From a bacterium (lineage in GTDB: Bacteria > Zhuqueibacterota > Zhuqueibacteria > Residuimicrobiales > Krinioviventaceae), in the NCBI GenBank assembly GCA_963693055.1, contig OY843751.1:5792001-5856000 (forward strand): a DNA stretch of 64,000 nucleotides, in the 5' to 3' direction. The notes beneath the pieces are model-generated. The model was not told where the DNA came from, searched no databases, and saw only the letters and a list, made by a program, of their open reading frames with translations. Shown piece by piece: positions 20,409 through 30,494 of this stretch. The position numbers and the translations under genes are program-made. Every line of letters starts with the position of its first letter. The stretch's first letter is position 1.

Positions 20409-22187
20409 TTATTCAACTATTCTTATGAATATCTCTCCCAACTTTTTTTTATTTGAAGAAACAATTATCGGATAAATCTGTTTATCTCTGTCTATGGCAT
20501 AACTGTCGAGTAAATTCTCATTCAACGCAATATTCAGATTCCTGTCTTCTCCATCTCCATTTCCAACAAAGCCTTTAAAATTTACTTGCAACCCTGTTTT
20601 CTGTGCATCGCTGGTTTCTACATTTACTATACGAATAATCTGATTCTTATGAAATTCTATTGTTTCATTATTTCTAACATTCAAAGTATCTTGTCCGCAT
20701 TCAAGCTTTATACTCATCAAATCCGGCTTTTTTAAAACAATACGAAAGCTGGCAAGTATTTCATTATATTGCTCTAAACGAATACTATATACCCAGCCCT
20801 CTCCATCTTCTGAATATGCTTTTATCAAATCCGTAGATGTGTCAACCCAAACACCCCGGTCCTGAGTTTTTAATGATTTATCCTGTGGAACAAATCCATA
20901 AACATTCACCCTGACCGAAGGATCTTGTTGTGTTGAAGGTACTGTATCTATAATCTTAATTCTGTCACCGGGCACCAGTTTAATGTCTTTATCTCTATCA
21001 AACACTTGTACATCATCGTTCACATTCATTACCAAATAATTGAATGATTCTTTAGGTATCGCTTGACTATCTTTAATATCCAGGTATATCTCACCACAAA
21101 GAAATTTATCTTTTCGAACAATGGCTTTGGTAGAATTGTTTATAACAATCTTTGACCGGTAATCATTCACGGTACCATAATTTAATATGTCAACCGATAG
21201 ACCGCGCTCATAGTTTGATTCTATATGGTTAATTTCGACTTTGTCACCTTTATTAATAGTCAAAGATTTTCCAACAGGCACAATATGTGTTTGCTGTTCA
21301 TTGATGGTAACAATAACAAAATATAATTCAGGATATTCCAGATAGATACGTGGCACTTCGGGTACTATATTAAATATCTTCATAAATTCATTAATTATCC
21401 ATACCTGATGTCGCACCTTTAACTCTATGTCTGATATAGACTTGGAAGACTCGATCCCAAACGCAGGAATACCAAAATTTGATAGCGCGTAATAAGTTGC
21501 CGAAGCACGCTGCTCGGCATGACGGGTATGGTCTGAAAAAGTATTATGGTTATTAAAAGCAAACTGATATTGAGGATTTTCAATTTTTTTGTTAACCTGG
21601 GTAATTACCGTTTTGGCAATCTCTTCTAAATTCAGTGTCTCAGTTGAATCATTGCTTGAAAACACATCCGCGTCTGCAATTATCGATTGACCATAACGTA
21701 ATGGATTTTCAATATCAGAAATCCAAGTATCCCGATAAAACCCTGATCCTTCATGTAAATTCAACAAAACATCTGCTTCTGCTATAAGTGACTTTAAAAT
21801 TTCTACAATTTGCTCTTCATAATTTTCACCATTTTTTTGTTTGGTGAATTTACGGTTCATATCTCCATGATAGCCACGCTGGTCCCGAATTATAGTATTA
21901 AAATTAGCACGGGGTACCATAATAAGACTACCTCGCTCAAGGTTTATATCCACATAATGGTCAGCAGCAAGATAGCCTGTGGGCTCATTTCCTTGGATTC
22001 CACCAATAACAAGCATTGTATTATCGGGTATACGTCCCTTTATCCGATAAACATTCAACTCATAAGGTGTATTCTCAAAATAAGTTTCCTGCACAAAACG
22101 TTTTTCAACATCTTTGGAATAGACGTTGAAAAAACCAAGAAAAATGAATAAAACAAAAATAATATTTTTATTAATTATCATTATCAA
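20409..22187 (-). CDS. M99-family (Csd4/Pgp1-like) D,L-carboxypeptidase
   Basis: GGIQGNEP (Gln in place of His as first Zn ligand, the Csd4 hallmark), DMNRKF, LNLHEGSG and AFGIES motifs. Repeated C-terminal beta domains. Confidence 0.85.
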   Translation of the reverse strand: MIMIINKNIIFVLFIFLGFFNVYSKDVEKRFVQETYFENTPYELNVYRIKGRIPDNTMLVIGGIQGNEPTGYLAADHYVDINLERGSLIMVPRANFNTIIRDQRGYHGDMNRKFTKQKNGENYEEQIVEILKSLIAEADVLLNLHEGSGFYRDTWISDIENPLRYGQSIIADADVFSSNDSTETLNLEEIAKTVITQVNKKIENPQYQFAFNNHNTFSDHTRHAEQRASATYYALSNFGIPAFGIESSKSISDIELKVRHQVWIINEFMKIFNIVPEVPRIYLEYPELYFVIVTINEQQTHIVPVGKSLTINKGDKVEINHIESNYERGLSVDILNYGTVNDYRSKIVINNSTKAIVRKDKFLCGEIYLDIKDSQAIPKESFNYLVMNVNDDVQVFDRDKDIKLVPGDRIKIIDTVPSTQQDPSVRVNVYGFVPQDKSLKTQDRGVWVDTSTDLIKAYSEDGEGWVYSIRLEQYNEILASFRIVLKKPDLMSIKLECGQDTLNVRNNETIEFHKNQIIRIVNVETSDAQKTGLQVNFKGFVGNGDGEDRNLNIALNENLLDSYAIDRDKQIYPIIVSSNKKKLGEIFIRIVE

Positions 22188-22857
22188 TCGATTTGATATT
22201 TTGATAGATGATTTGACCGTCAGTAGAATATACTCTTATAACAGCAAATTTTATGGAAAAATCCGGGGGATCAAGATTAAATTGCACTTTTTTGAAATAC
22301 TTGATCGCAAATGAATCACCCGTCTTGTAATTAATTGCATTAAACTGTTTATCAACTTTGCAACCTTGCGGAAAAGTTGAAACCCTTGCATCAGCATTCA
22401 TACTGTCCATAAACAGCACATGCAGATACCCTTCTGCTTGAGAATTATTTCCGGAATCATTAACAAGATCAAATCCAACTTGTAATTGGGTCTTACTATT
22501 GTTAACGCTAAAATCCCGAACATTAATAATCTTTTGATCAATTTCATCAAATGTGACAACAGGATTCTGTTTAGCTTGTACCTGGGGTGTTGATTTGACG
22601 GGTGGTTTTTGCTTTTTAGGTTCAACATGACCATATAAAAAAGCGTCTTTCTTCTGACTCTTTAGCGACAATACCTGATCTTTTAATTCAGTATTTTGTA
22701 CAGATAATTGCCATGTCAAAAAAACGAGTCCAACAAAGATTAGAAAGAAAAGGATGACACCAAACTTTAACAGTTGATAATACAAAAAAGGCAGATTGAT
22801 CTTTCGTATTTTGTAGGAACTGCGGATAAACAAAATTGTTAACAATTCATGTCGCAT
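22171..22857 (-). CDS. Hypothetical bitopic membrane protein (TM, coiled coil, Pro/Gln linker, beta domain)
   Basis: 228-aa ORF closely spaced between two peptidoglycan enzyme genes (overlapping the M99 gene). One TM around residues 32-50. Confidence 0.7.
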   Translation of the reverse strand: MRHELLTILFIRSSYKIRKINLPFLYYQLLKFGVILFFLIFVGLVFLTWQLSVQNTELKDQVLSLKSQKKDAFLYGHVEPKKQKPPVKSTPQVQAKQNPVVTFDEIDQKIINVRDFSVNNSKTQLQVGFDLVNDSGNNSQAEGYLHVLFMDSMNADARVSTFPQGCKVDKQFNAINYKTGDSFAIKYFKKVQFNLDPPDFSIKFAVIRVYSTDGQIIYQNIKSIDNDN

Positions 22858-22862
22858 AAACT

Positions 22863-23825
22863 TTATTCACTGGTTGCTTTGTTCTCATTCCAAACTTCTC
22901 GAACTATTTTAAAAGAATCATTTTCTTTAATGATATACAGTTGCTTAATTCCTGAATCTTTGTAATTCTCTGTTGAATAATCTTGGTAAAAATTGGCTAC
23001 ATAGTTTACATCATCCTTGAAAATTTGAATGTTGTACAAATCAACAGCGATATCTTTATATTGCTTAAACAATCTGTTTTTATATGCTTTATAAGCATAA
23101 TAATTCATACCATCAAAGTGAAACTGCTTAGAATAGCAATCAATAAAGGTGCCAATGTTTTGATTTTCCCAGCTTTTCTTCCATTTTTGTAAAAAATTTA
23201 CTATCTCCAGCTTGTCAGCCTCAACAAAATTTTGATTTCTAAAATAAATTTCGTCTACTATGACAACCGGTGTCTGATCAATAGTAACATACTGAGAGAC
23301 ATCATTAAAATCGGTATTTTCAAGAACAACACAGCCTTTGGTGTCATTTGAATTCTGAATTCGCTCTGGCTCATCCGTTCCATGTATCCAAATACCATAA
23401 CCATTCTTTTTTTTCATTTTGTCAAAACCATTAGGATAATCGAGAACAAATGCACCAGCACCATAAATAGGAGCAAGATACTGCTTGTCTTTTTCATCCC
23501 GAATGAAATATATGCCTTCCGGTGTTTTCAAATCACCTACTACATTTTTATCACCACGGACTTTGCCGGTAGAACAGACATATTGTTTTTCAACAAACAA
23601 TGTTGAATCAACTGCTTTTAAAACCAAAAAAGATTGACTTCGTTTTTCTACAAGAAATAGATACTCACTGCTTTTATTACAATCCAAATGAAGAAATGGA
23701 AGCGGCGCATACAACTCGTTTTTATTAAAACGGGTACCATATTCAAAAGTTGCAGAATGTGCAGAAACAATTGATAATAAAACCAGTACTAAAACAAATA
23801 GATTCCTGTTACTCATTTTTCCCAA
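22863..23825 (-). CDS. YkuD L,D-transpeptidase-family protein, Csd6/Pgp2-like L,D-carboxypeptidase
   Basis: GDLKTPEGIY, LDYPN and GIWIHG...TKGCVV motifs. C-terminal NTF2-like domain (WKKSWE...FYQDY...GIKQLY...IVRE). Confidence 0.85.
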   Translation of the reverse strand: MGKMSNRNLFVLVLVLLSIVSAHSATFEYGTRFNKNELYAPLPFLHLDCNKSSEYLFLVEKRSQSFLVLKAVDSTLFVEKQYVCSTGKVRGDKNVVGDLKTPEGIYFIRDEKDKQYLAPIYGAGAFVLDYPNGFDKMKKKNGYGIWIHGTDEPERIQNSNDTKGCVVLENTDFNDVSQYVTIDQTPVVIVDEIYFRNQNFVEADKLEIVNFLQKWKKSWENQNIGTFIDCYSKQFHFDGMNYYAYKAYKNRLFKQYKDIAVDLYNIQIFKDDVNYVANFYQDYSTENYKDSGIKQLYIIKENDSFKIVREVWNENKATSE

Positions 23826-23839
23826 AGTTAAACTAGATA

Positions 23840-24424
23840 TTATTTTCCATTATTCTTTTTAATGTTGAACCAATTCAAGCTCCAACGTTTTTGGGCCTGA
23901 AAAAAATGATCAATGCGTTGATCTATTGATGCAAGAAATCCTTTCATTTCTTCATCACTTAAATGCTTTTCCTGCTGCATCATGTCCAGAATTTCATTAT
24001 GAAGTGTTTTATAAGTTAGAAATGTGTTTTCAGGATCTACAAGTTTTTTATATTCTTTGATCCTCTCAATCTTGGATTGCAAATCATCAAGTTTGAAGGG
24101 TTTCATTATATAATCGAACGCACCAAGTTTTAATGCTTCAATAGCAGTTTCTATCGTTGCAAATCCGGTCATCATTATAACCTGAGTAGTCTTGTTTTGC
24201 TCTTTAACAAATCGCAAAACATCCATTCCACCTTCAATGTTGCCATTGGGACTTTCCATATTCTTGTCGGTCAACACAAGATCATAGTCATTTGTTTTCA
24301 ACAGATCCAATGCTTGCTGAACAATGCCTGTGGAAGAAATATTATATTCCAATTCAGACAAAAATGTAACCAACAACTCTCGCAGCTGTTCGTCATCTTC
24401 TACAATAAGAACTTTTAACGACAT
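23840..24424 (-). CDS. Response regulator (receiver domain plus short helical C-terminus)
   Basis: VLIVEDD, LVLTDKNM, MMTGF and GAFDYIMKPF motifs. Confidence 0.9.
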   Translation of the reverse strand: MSLKVLIVEDDEQLRELLVTFLSELEYNISSTGIVQQALDLLKTNDYDLVLTDKNMESPNGNIEGGMDVLRFVKEQNKTTQVIMMTGFATIETAIEALKLGAFDYIMKPFKLDDLQSKIERIKEYKKLVDPENTFLTYKTLHNEILDMMQQEKHLSDEEMKGFLASIDQRIDHFFQAQKRWSLNWFNIKKNNGK

Positions 24425-24430
24425 AACAAA

Positions 24431-26194
24431 CTACATTCCTTCAAATATTCTTAAACCCAATTCCATAAGCTGCTCGCTCTTGACATTAGATGGCGCACCA
24501 TCCATAAGCGAGGTTCCACTGGCTGTTTTGGGGAACGCAATTACATCACGAATCGACTGACCACCTGTCAAAATCATATTTAACCGGTCAAAACCAAAAG
24601 CAATACCACCATGTGGCGGAGCTCCATACTGCAATGCATCGAGCAAAAATCCAAATTTGCTTTGTGCTTCTTCTTCTGAAATGCCAAGTGCTTTGAACAT
24701 TTTGGATTGTATATCGGAATTAGAAATACGAATACTTCCTCCGGCAATTTCTAATCCGTTCATTATGAGGTCATAAGCACGGGCCCGCACATTACCAGGA
24801 TCCGTATCCATTTTACCCATATCCTCTTCAATGGGAGATGTAAACGGATGATGCAGAGCAACATAACGTTCTTCTTCGGGATTAAACTCTAACAATGGAA
24901 AATCAACAACCCATGCAAGTTTATATACATTATCAGGGATCAAATTATTATCTTTGGCCAGTTTTAATCTCAAATTGCCAAGAACCGGAAAGGCATCTTG
25001 CTTTGTATCTGCTACAAACAACAACAAATCTCCATCACCAGCGCCACACTCGGCCATAATGGCTTTTCGCTGTTCTTCGGTAAAGAATTTTGACAACGAG
25101 CTGTCCCAATCATCACCTTTAACTTTGATTGCTACAAGGCCTTTGGCGCCTTGTTCCTTGGTCCAGTCAGTTATATCATCAATTTGCTTGCGTGAAAAAG
25201 AAGCGCCACCAGGCATAGCAAGACCAGCAACAACATTACCGGCTTGTACAGTTTGAGTGAACACTTTGAATTCACAATCTTTAACCAGATCAGATATATT
25301 GTGTATTTCTAATCCAAAACGGAGATCAGGTCTGTCAATACCATAAGTTTCAATTGCTTCTTGATAAGGTATACGTTGAAAGGGTGCATCAACATCAACA
25401 TCAATAACGTCTTTCATAATTTTGACAACCAGACCTTCAACAATTTTAAAAATATCTTCTTCATCAATAAAAGACATTTCTACATCAATCTGAGTAAACT
25501 CGGGTTGGCGGTCTGCCCTAAAATCTTCATCTCTGAAACAACGTACAATTTGAAAATAGCGGTCATATCCTGAGACCATCAATAATTGCTTATATGTTTG
25601 CGGTGACTGAGGCAGCGCGTAAAAACGACCTTTCCATATTCTGCTTGGTACTAAAAAATCCCTGGCACCTTCGGGTGTACTTTTCATCAAAAAAGGTGTT
25701 TCAATCTCTACAAAATCATTTTCAGAAAAATAATTACGAACAATCTGAGCTGTTTTATGACGAACAAGCATTTTTTGCTGCATTTCAGGTCTACGCAAAT
25801 CCAAAAAGCGATATTTTAATCTCAAATCTTCAGACGCGTTGCTTTCACCACTAACAGGTATTGCCGGTGTTTCTGATACGTTCAATATTTCAATATCAGA
25901 AGCTATTAATTCAATTTCACCGGTTCTAAGTTTTTCATTAACCATACCGTCTGGTCTGTGCTCAATTATACCTTTAAATGCAACAACAAACTCACTTCTC
26001 AATTTTTTGGCTTCTTCATAAGCACTGGATGAAGGATTAATCTGGACTTGTGTTATACCCCAGCGATCCCTCAAATCGATAAAAATTAAACCACCATGAT
26101 CACGTCTTCTGTCAACCCATCCCATTAATATAGCTGATTCATCAACATTATTTTTTGTTAATTGCCCGCAATTATGTGTTCTTTTCCATTTCAT
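24431..26194 (-). CDS. aspS: Aspartate--tRNA ligase
   Basis: RTHNCG, RRDHGG, STPEGARDF, LPQSPQ, FRDEDFRADRQPEFTQ and GAPPHGG motifs. Confidence 0.98.
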   Translation of the reverse strand: MKWKRTHNCGQLTKNNVDESAILMGWVDRRRDHGGLIFIDLRDRWGITQVQINPSSSAYEEAKKLRSEFVVAFKGIIEHRPDGMVNEKLRTGEIELIASDIEILNVSETPAIPVSGESNASEDLRLKYRFLDLRRPEMQQKMLVRHKTAQIVRNYFSENDFVEIETPFLMKSTPEGARDFLVPSRIWKGRFYALPQSPQTYKQLLMVSGYDRYFQIVRCFRDEDFRADRQPEFTQIDVEMSFIDEEDIFKIVEGLVVKIMKDVIDVDVDAPFQRIPYQEAIETYGIDRPDLRFGLEIHNISDLVKDCEFKVFTQTVQAGNVVAGLAMPGGASFSRKQIDDITDWTKEQGAKGLVAIKVKGDDWDSSLSKFFTEEQRKAIMAECGAGDGDLLLFVADTKQDAFPVLGNLRLKLAKDNNLIPDNVYKLAWVVDFPLLEFNPEEERYVALHHPFTSPIEEDMGKMDTDPGNVRARAYDLIMNGLEIAGGSIRISNSDIQSKMFKALGISEEEAQSKFGFLLDALQYGAPPHGGIAFGFDRLNMILTGGQSIRDVIAFPKTASGTSLMDGAPSNVKSEQLMELGLRIFEGM

Positions 26195-26226
26195 TTGCCG
26201 CTACCTTGTTAAAAAATTACAATGTT

Positions 26227-26258
26227 AAAAAAAACCGTCAGACGATTGTCTGACGGTT
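26227..26258 (-). terminator. Rho-independent terminator closing the three-gene unit
   Basis: Perfect 11-bp stem AACCGTCAGAC/GTCTGACGGTT with a 4-nt loop, then a T run on the minus strand. Confidence 0.8.
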
Positions 26259-26259
26259 A

Positions 26260-26288
26260 AAGATAATACTCTTGTTACAAAAAATCAA
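26260..26288 (-). promoter_or_regulatory. Possible sigma70 promoter for aspS
   Basis: TTGATT-17 nt-TATCTT. Same -35 as the parA and tex candidates. Confidence 0.45.
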
Positions 26289-26313
26289 TCAAAAGAATTA
26301 TTAATTAAAGGTA

Positions 26314-28563
26314 TTAGTTTTTAAAATAAAATACCGGACCACCCATTAATACACGTTTATATTTAAAAGAGTTGGTCTGGTAAACCGCATACTTGGCTTC
26401 GAACCAAATGGTTCCGCTCCACAGATGCTGTTTTACAGTAACCATGCTTGACCATTTATCACCAAATCCAAATCTCCAGTCAAACAAAAAGTTTTTAAAA
26501 CCACTATCGGTAGTATAGCTCAAGCCCATTGAAAGGTAGTGTTGAGAATATTTGAATTCTTGTCCTCGTGGAGTAATAATTCTTCCATCTTCAATGGTGT
26601 TGCCTCGTTTTTCCCAAACTTTATAAAGTGAATAAGAGACTTCGTCCAGCTTTAATCTAAATCTGTTAATGGGAGCATCATCCTTTAATCCAAAACGGAG
26701 GCCGGCACCATTATATCTGTTAAAATAGCTGTACTTGAGGCCTTCTGTATCCATATCAAAATGATATATCTCTTTACCTAATCCGCTAATATCTCTGGGG
26801 AATGTCATTGGCAATTGAAAAGAAATGTTATAACCAATACTTTTCAGGTAACTGCTGTTTGGCATCCAGCCAAAAACTTCATTTATTGCATTATAGTCCC
26901 AACTTTTATTTAAAATAAATTGAATATTGTTGATTGCAAGTCTGGCATCGCCTTCATTCTTTTCAAAAAAGCGGTTGTCTAATTTATAGTCAACAAAGTT
27001 GATCAATGTTCTATTTGCGTAATTATACGGTCTGTAACTGACTCGAATGTCATCAACCAACCAGGTGATGGGCGGAACTTCATTAAAATTCCATTCAAAA
27101 TAATACGCCATGCTACCTGACCATACAAACGGATAATTAAATTCATCCTGGCCAAATTCAGTACCCAGTTTGAACCGCTGGTTCAATAAAGAAAATTGAA
27201 AATTCAACTCATCTACGCTCAATGTTACGGGATATGCATTTTCTGCTTTTGGAAAAGCATAAGATTCCATTGCCTCAACAACACCAATCTGACCTCCATC
27301 AACCTGTGCGGGCTCGATATGTTTTTGTCCGGGTCTAACAGTATTAGACAAAGGTACCAGACCAAACAGGGATGCAACATAATAGTTACCCAAATCATTA
27401 TGATTTTCATGTGATGACAATACCTGGAAATTGCTTGACTGTATGGAATACTCTATTCTGTCCAATTTATTGGTTTCGAGTTCCATATCATAATTCATGT
27501 ACAAGCGAGCGGAAACAAAACTGGCTTGTTCTTTATCTACTGCCGCTGAAACAGCAATATCAATAATCTTGTTGGCTATATCTGTAAAGTTGAGCTTTGT
27601 TTTACGTTCTAAACGCTGCATACGCAATTCGTCGTTTTGCAATACTGCCTGAGAACCATTGCGATAAACAGTAATCTCTTTGGAGTATTTTCCGGATGGG
27701 GTCTTTTTCAAGTTTACACCAAAACTCCATTTATCCGGCAAATTGTTTGGCATCTCTCCTTCTTCATCCCAGAAATATTGTTGAAAAATATATTTGGGCA
27801 ATGAAGGTTCTTTATTTGAAGAAATATCAATCTTGCTCAAATCATTAATAAATTGTTCTGCCGGCAATGTGTGAATTTTTACAAATTGATCACGTTCAAT
27901 GTAACCCACCTGAATGGCTTTAACCGCGGGTGAATTATCACGTCCGGTATTTGTATAAAGAATTTTGATAGCGTCAATAGAGTCAACCTTTGCTTCTACA
28001 TCAGCACTGATCTGCACAAGTACATCGAGAAGGGTATTAAACTCTTCAGCATTTTTACGCTTTGACCAGAGCCCCGCGTAATCGGAAGAGGTAATATCTT
28101 CTTCCAACTGGGTAATAGGTATTGAAATTGAAGAAGCTCTTCTGAATACCAAACCCGATGCTTGAATATAAGAATCGATAGCGCCCATATAGTTATCACT
28201 GGGAGCATTGATTGAATTCAAAAATCTTGAAATATCGATCTCGATGTTTGTTGGGGTATTATCATCTATATAGATCGATTCAATCTTTAAACGATTTTCC
28301 GTAGAGTTGTAATTAACCAAAATACCAACATTATCAATCAAGGTCATGGGACTTTCCCATGTGGCTCTCGACGCATCGTTGGGATCGTTAATCACCTCTC
28401 TTAATGTATTGATAAAGTCTTGAAACACCTGAGGATTCGCTTCATAATCCCTTGGAGTGGTTATGTAAGTTCGGATGTTATCAGCTACTTCATTGGCCTG
28501 TGAAAAAACGACAGAAACGAACACCAATAAAACCAAAATCAAACACGTTAATTTACCTTTCAT
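26314..28563 (-). CDS. Secreted hypothetical protein with N-terminal alpha/beta repeats and a probable C-terminal outer-membrane beta-barrel
   Basis: Signal peptide ending VFS|Q. The last ~300 aa are aromatic-rich with alternating strands and end GPVFYFKN. The ORF is secure; the barrel is inferred. Confidence 0.65.
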   Translation of the reverse strand: MKGKLTCLILVLLVFVSVVFSQANEVADNIRTYITTPRDYEANPQVFQDFINTLREVINDPNDASRATWESPMTLIDNVGILVNYNSTENRLKIESIYIDDNTPTNIEIDISRFLNSINAPSDNYMGAIDSYIQASGLVFRRASSISIPITQLEEDITSSDYAGLWSKRKNAEEFNTLLDVLVQISADVEAKVDSIDAIKILYTNTGRDNSPAVKAIQVGYIERDQFVKIHTLPAEQFINDLSKIDISSNKEPSLPKYIFQQYFWDEEGEMPNNLPDKWSFGVNLKKTPSGKYSKEITVYRNGSQAVLQNDELRMQRLERKTKLNFTDIANKIIDIAVSAAVDKEQASFVSARLYMNYDMELETNKLDRIEYSIQSSNFQVLSSHENHNDLGNYYVASLFGLVPLSNTVRPGQKHIEPAQVDGGQIGVVEAMESYAFPKAENAYPVTLSVDELNFQFSLLNQRFKLGTEFGQDEFNYPFVWSGSMAYYFEWNFNEVPPITWLVDDIRVSYRPYNYANRTLINFVDYKLDNRFFEKNEGDARLAINNIQFILNKSWDYNAINEVFGWMPNSSYLKSIGYNISFQLPMTFPRDISGLGKEIYHFDMDTEGLKYSYFNRYNGAGLRFGLKDDAPINRFRLKLDEVSYSLYKVWEKRGNTIEDGRIITPRGQEFKYSQHYLSMGLSYTTDSGFKNFLFDWRFGFGDKWSSMVTVKQHLWSGTIWFEAKYAVYQTNSFKYKRVLMGGPVFYFKN

Positions 28564-28600
28564 GACATCTCCGAATTATTTCTATTCTTTATTCTATTTC

Positions 28601-30475
28601 TCAATCTACACCTAATTGACGAATGATTAATTGTCTATTCTGACTGTTTAAAGAGATAGGTTGTTTTGAATATGGTACATTTACTCTTAAACCATCTATA
28701 TTCACAATAGAACCTGGTGAAAACTTTGTATTGAAAACAAACTGTGTTTCTGAAGTTGCCGGATTAGCATATGATGCCTTAAATGGCCGCACATTAAATT
28801 CCAATATAGACTTTATGGGGTCACCAAAAAAGTCATGCAAATAAAAAGTGACAAATGTTGTAGAAGCTACATAGTCATTGTCTTTTATATTGATGCGATA
28901 ATCATCTGGAACTTGAGCGACATAAAACTGAATTTGCTTATAATGGTTCGTATTTGTATTAACACGCAAATTCAGGTTACGAACATCTGCATCTATAGAA
29001 TATTTCACATTACCCAATTGATTTCTGGGTGATTGATTTCCATTAACAACACAATTCCTGATATGATTTGCATTTACATTCTGCAAGGAATAGAAAAAGT
29101 TCACAGGTCTGGATTCATAAACAATTGGATATTTTGCCTGATTTGCCGGAGAATCTTTGAGATAACTCTCCTCATCCGGATACTTTTTAATAAACCTTTC
29201 AAACAATTCTTTTTCATCGGTAAACTGGTTACCCGGATCATCCAACTCACTTTGAAACATGGGACGAATTGGCGGCCAAACCTGGAACCGGAAGGGTATA
29301 ACTTCAATCAACCAGTTACGTTCATCAACAGACATACCTGACCTTGCAACCAAACGTATGGGTACCTGCAGACTCGAAAATCCATTCAAATTTCGGTTTG
29401 TAGTAATGGGAAATTCAAGATCAAAAACCTGATAATTGTTTGTTGGTGTTACAAAGATATTGCTCTTAAGTGCTTCTCTATTTCCCAGCTGTATATTGGT
29501 TATAGACTCATTATTTAACACTTCCTTGTTGTCAATATACAAGGTTATGTATTCAACCGGAAAGTTTGCCGAAATTACCTGCTTAAACGGCATACCTACA
29601 GGGGTATTTAATTTCTCAACATAATTTTCCGGGGGATGTAATATTTTAAACTTGTTAACAATCTCTTCGGAAACTGTAAATACATTGGGTTCCTGACCCG
29701 GATTGTTCAGATTTAATCTTTTACGTTTCTTTTCGGTTATAACATCAAGATAATTTCCACGGGCTCCATGTAAAGAATCCGGAATTAAATATTTTACTGC
29801 AAATGTAAATTTATCAATACCAAATGTGCTTGCCAGATTGCCTGCATCAAAATCTTTCCAAGTTGAATCTGAGAGATTAATCTCTACACTTTTGATCATA
29901 GATGAATCAGGCAACACATCGTTACCTCTTCGCAGGTATTTGTAATTTATTGTCAAGCCGCTGCCATCTTTATTTAATGGTATTTCACTAAAGATCAACA
30001 ACTTTATACCCTGATCTAATAGATAACCAAAATTTCTATCCTGCTTTTTAACTAATCGTTTTGAGAATCCATCTTTTTCAATAATATGTACAAAGTAATA
30101 ATTCCCTGAATCAAATTGAATATAGACATTACTATCCTGAGAGGGTCCCATATATTGAATATCAAAATTATTTGATGTTTTAGAATAATTTATCTGGTAT
30201 CTACCGGCACCCTGCTCAAAATTAGCAGAAGTAAAACTCAGAGTGTCGCCAATTTGACGGGCAAGTCTATATTCAAATTCGGCATCTGTTTGCTCAGTCG
30301 TCCAGGAATATTGCAAAAAATCATTGGCCATACCGCCAATATCCATTACATTATTTTCTCTGAACAATTCCTGAGCATTGTGCGGATCAAGTCTATTCGG
30401 GTCAACAAATTTAAGGTAGACAGACATTAAAAATGTCAACACATACAAGAGTAATACTATTCGATTCCTATCCAT
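28601..30475 (-). CDS. Bitopic membrane protein, GldM/PorM-like
   Basis: N-terminal MDRNRIVLLLYVLTFLM has Arg and Tyr 8 residues apart, as in the GldM TM (RQKMINLMY, recalled). Large beta-rich periplasmic region. Confidence 0.55.
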   Translation of the reverse strand: MDRNRIVLLLYVLTFLMSVYLKFVDPNRLDPHNAQELFRENNVMDIGGMANDFLQYSWTTEQTDAEFEYRLARQIGDTLSFTSANFEQGAGRYQINYSKTSNNFDIQYMGPSQDSNVYIQFDSGNYYFVHIIEKDGFSKRLVKKQDRNFGYLLDQGIKLLIFSEIPLNKDGSGLTINYKYLRRGNDVLPDSSMIKSVEINLSDSTWKDFDAGNLASTFGIDKFTFAVKYLIPDSLHGARGNYLDVITEKKRKRLNLNNPGQEPNVFTVSEEIVNKFKILHPPENYVEKLNTPVGMPFKQVISANFPVEYITLYIDNKEVLNNESITNIQLGNREALKSNIFVTPTNNYQVFDLEFPITTNRNLNGFSSLQVPIRLVARSGMSVDERNWLIEVIPFRFQVWPPIRPMFQSELDDPGNQFTDEKELFERFIKKYPDEESYLKDSPANQAKYPIVYESRPVNFFYSLQNVNANHIRNCVVNGNQSPRNQLGNVKYSIDADVRNLNLRVNTNTNHYKQIQFYVAQVPDDYRINIKDNDYVASTTFVTFYLHDFFGDPIKSILEFNVRPFKASYANPATSETQFVFNTKFSPGSIVNIDGLRVNVPYSKQPISLNSQNRQLIIRQLGVD

Positions 30476-30494
30476 AATCTATATTACCACTTTT

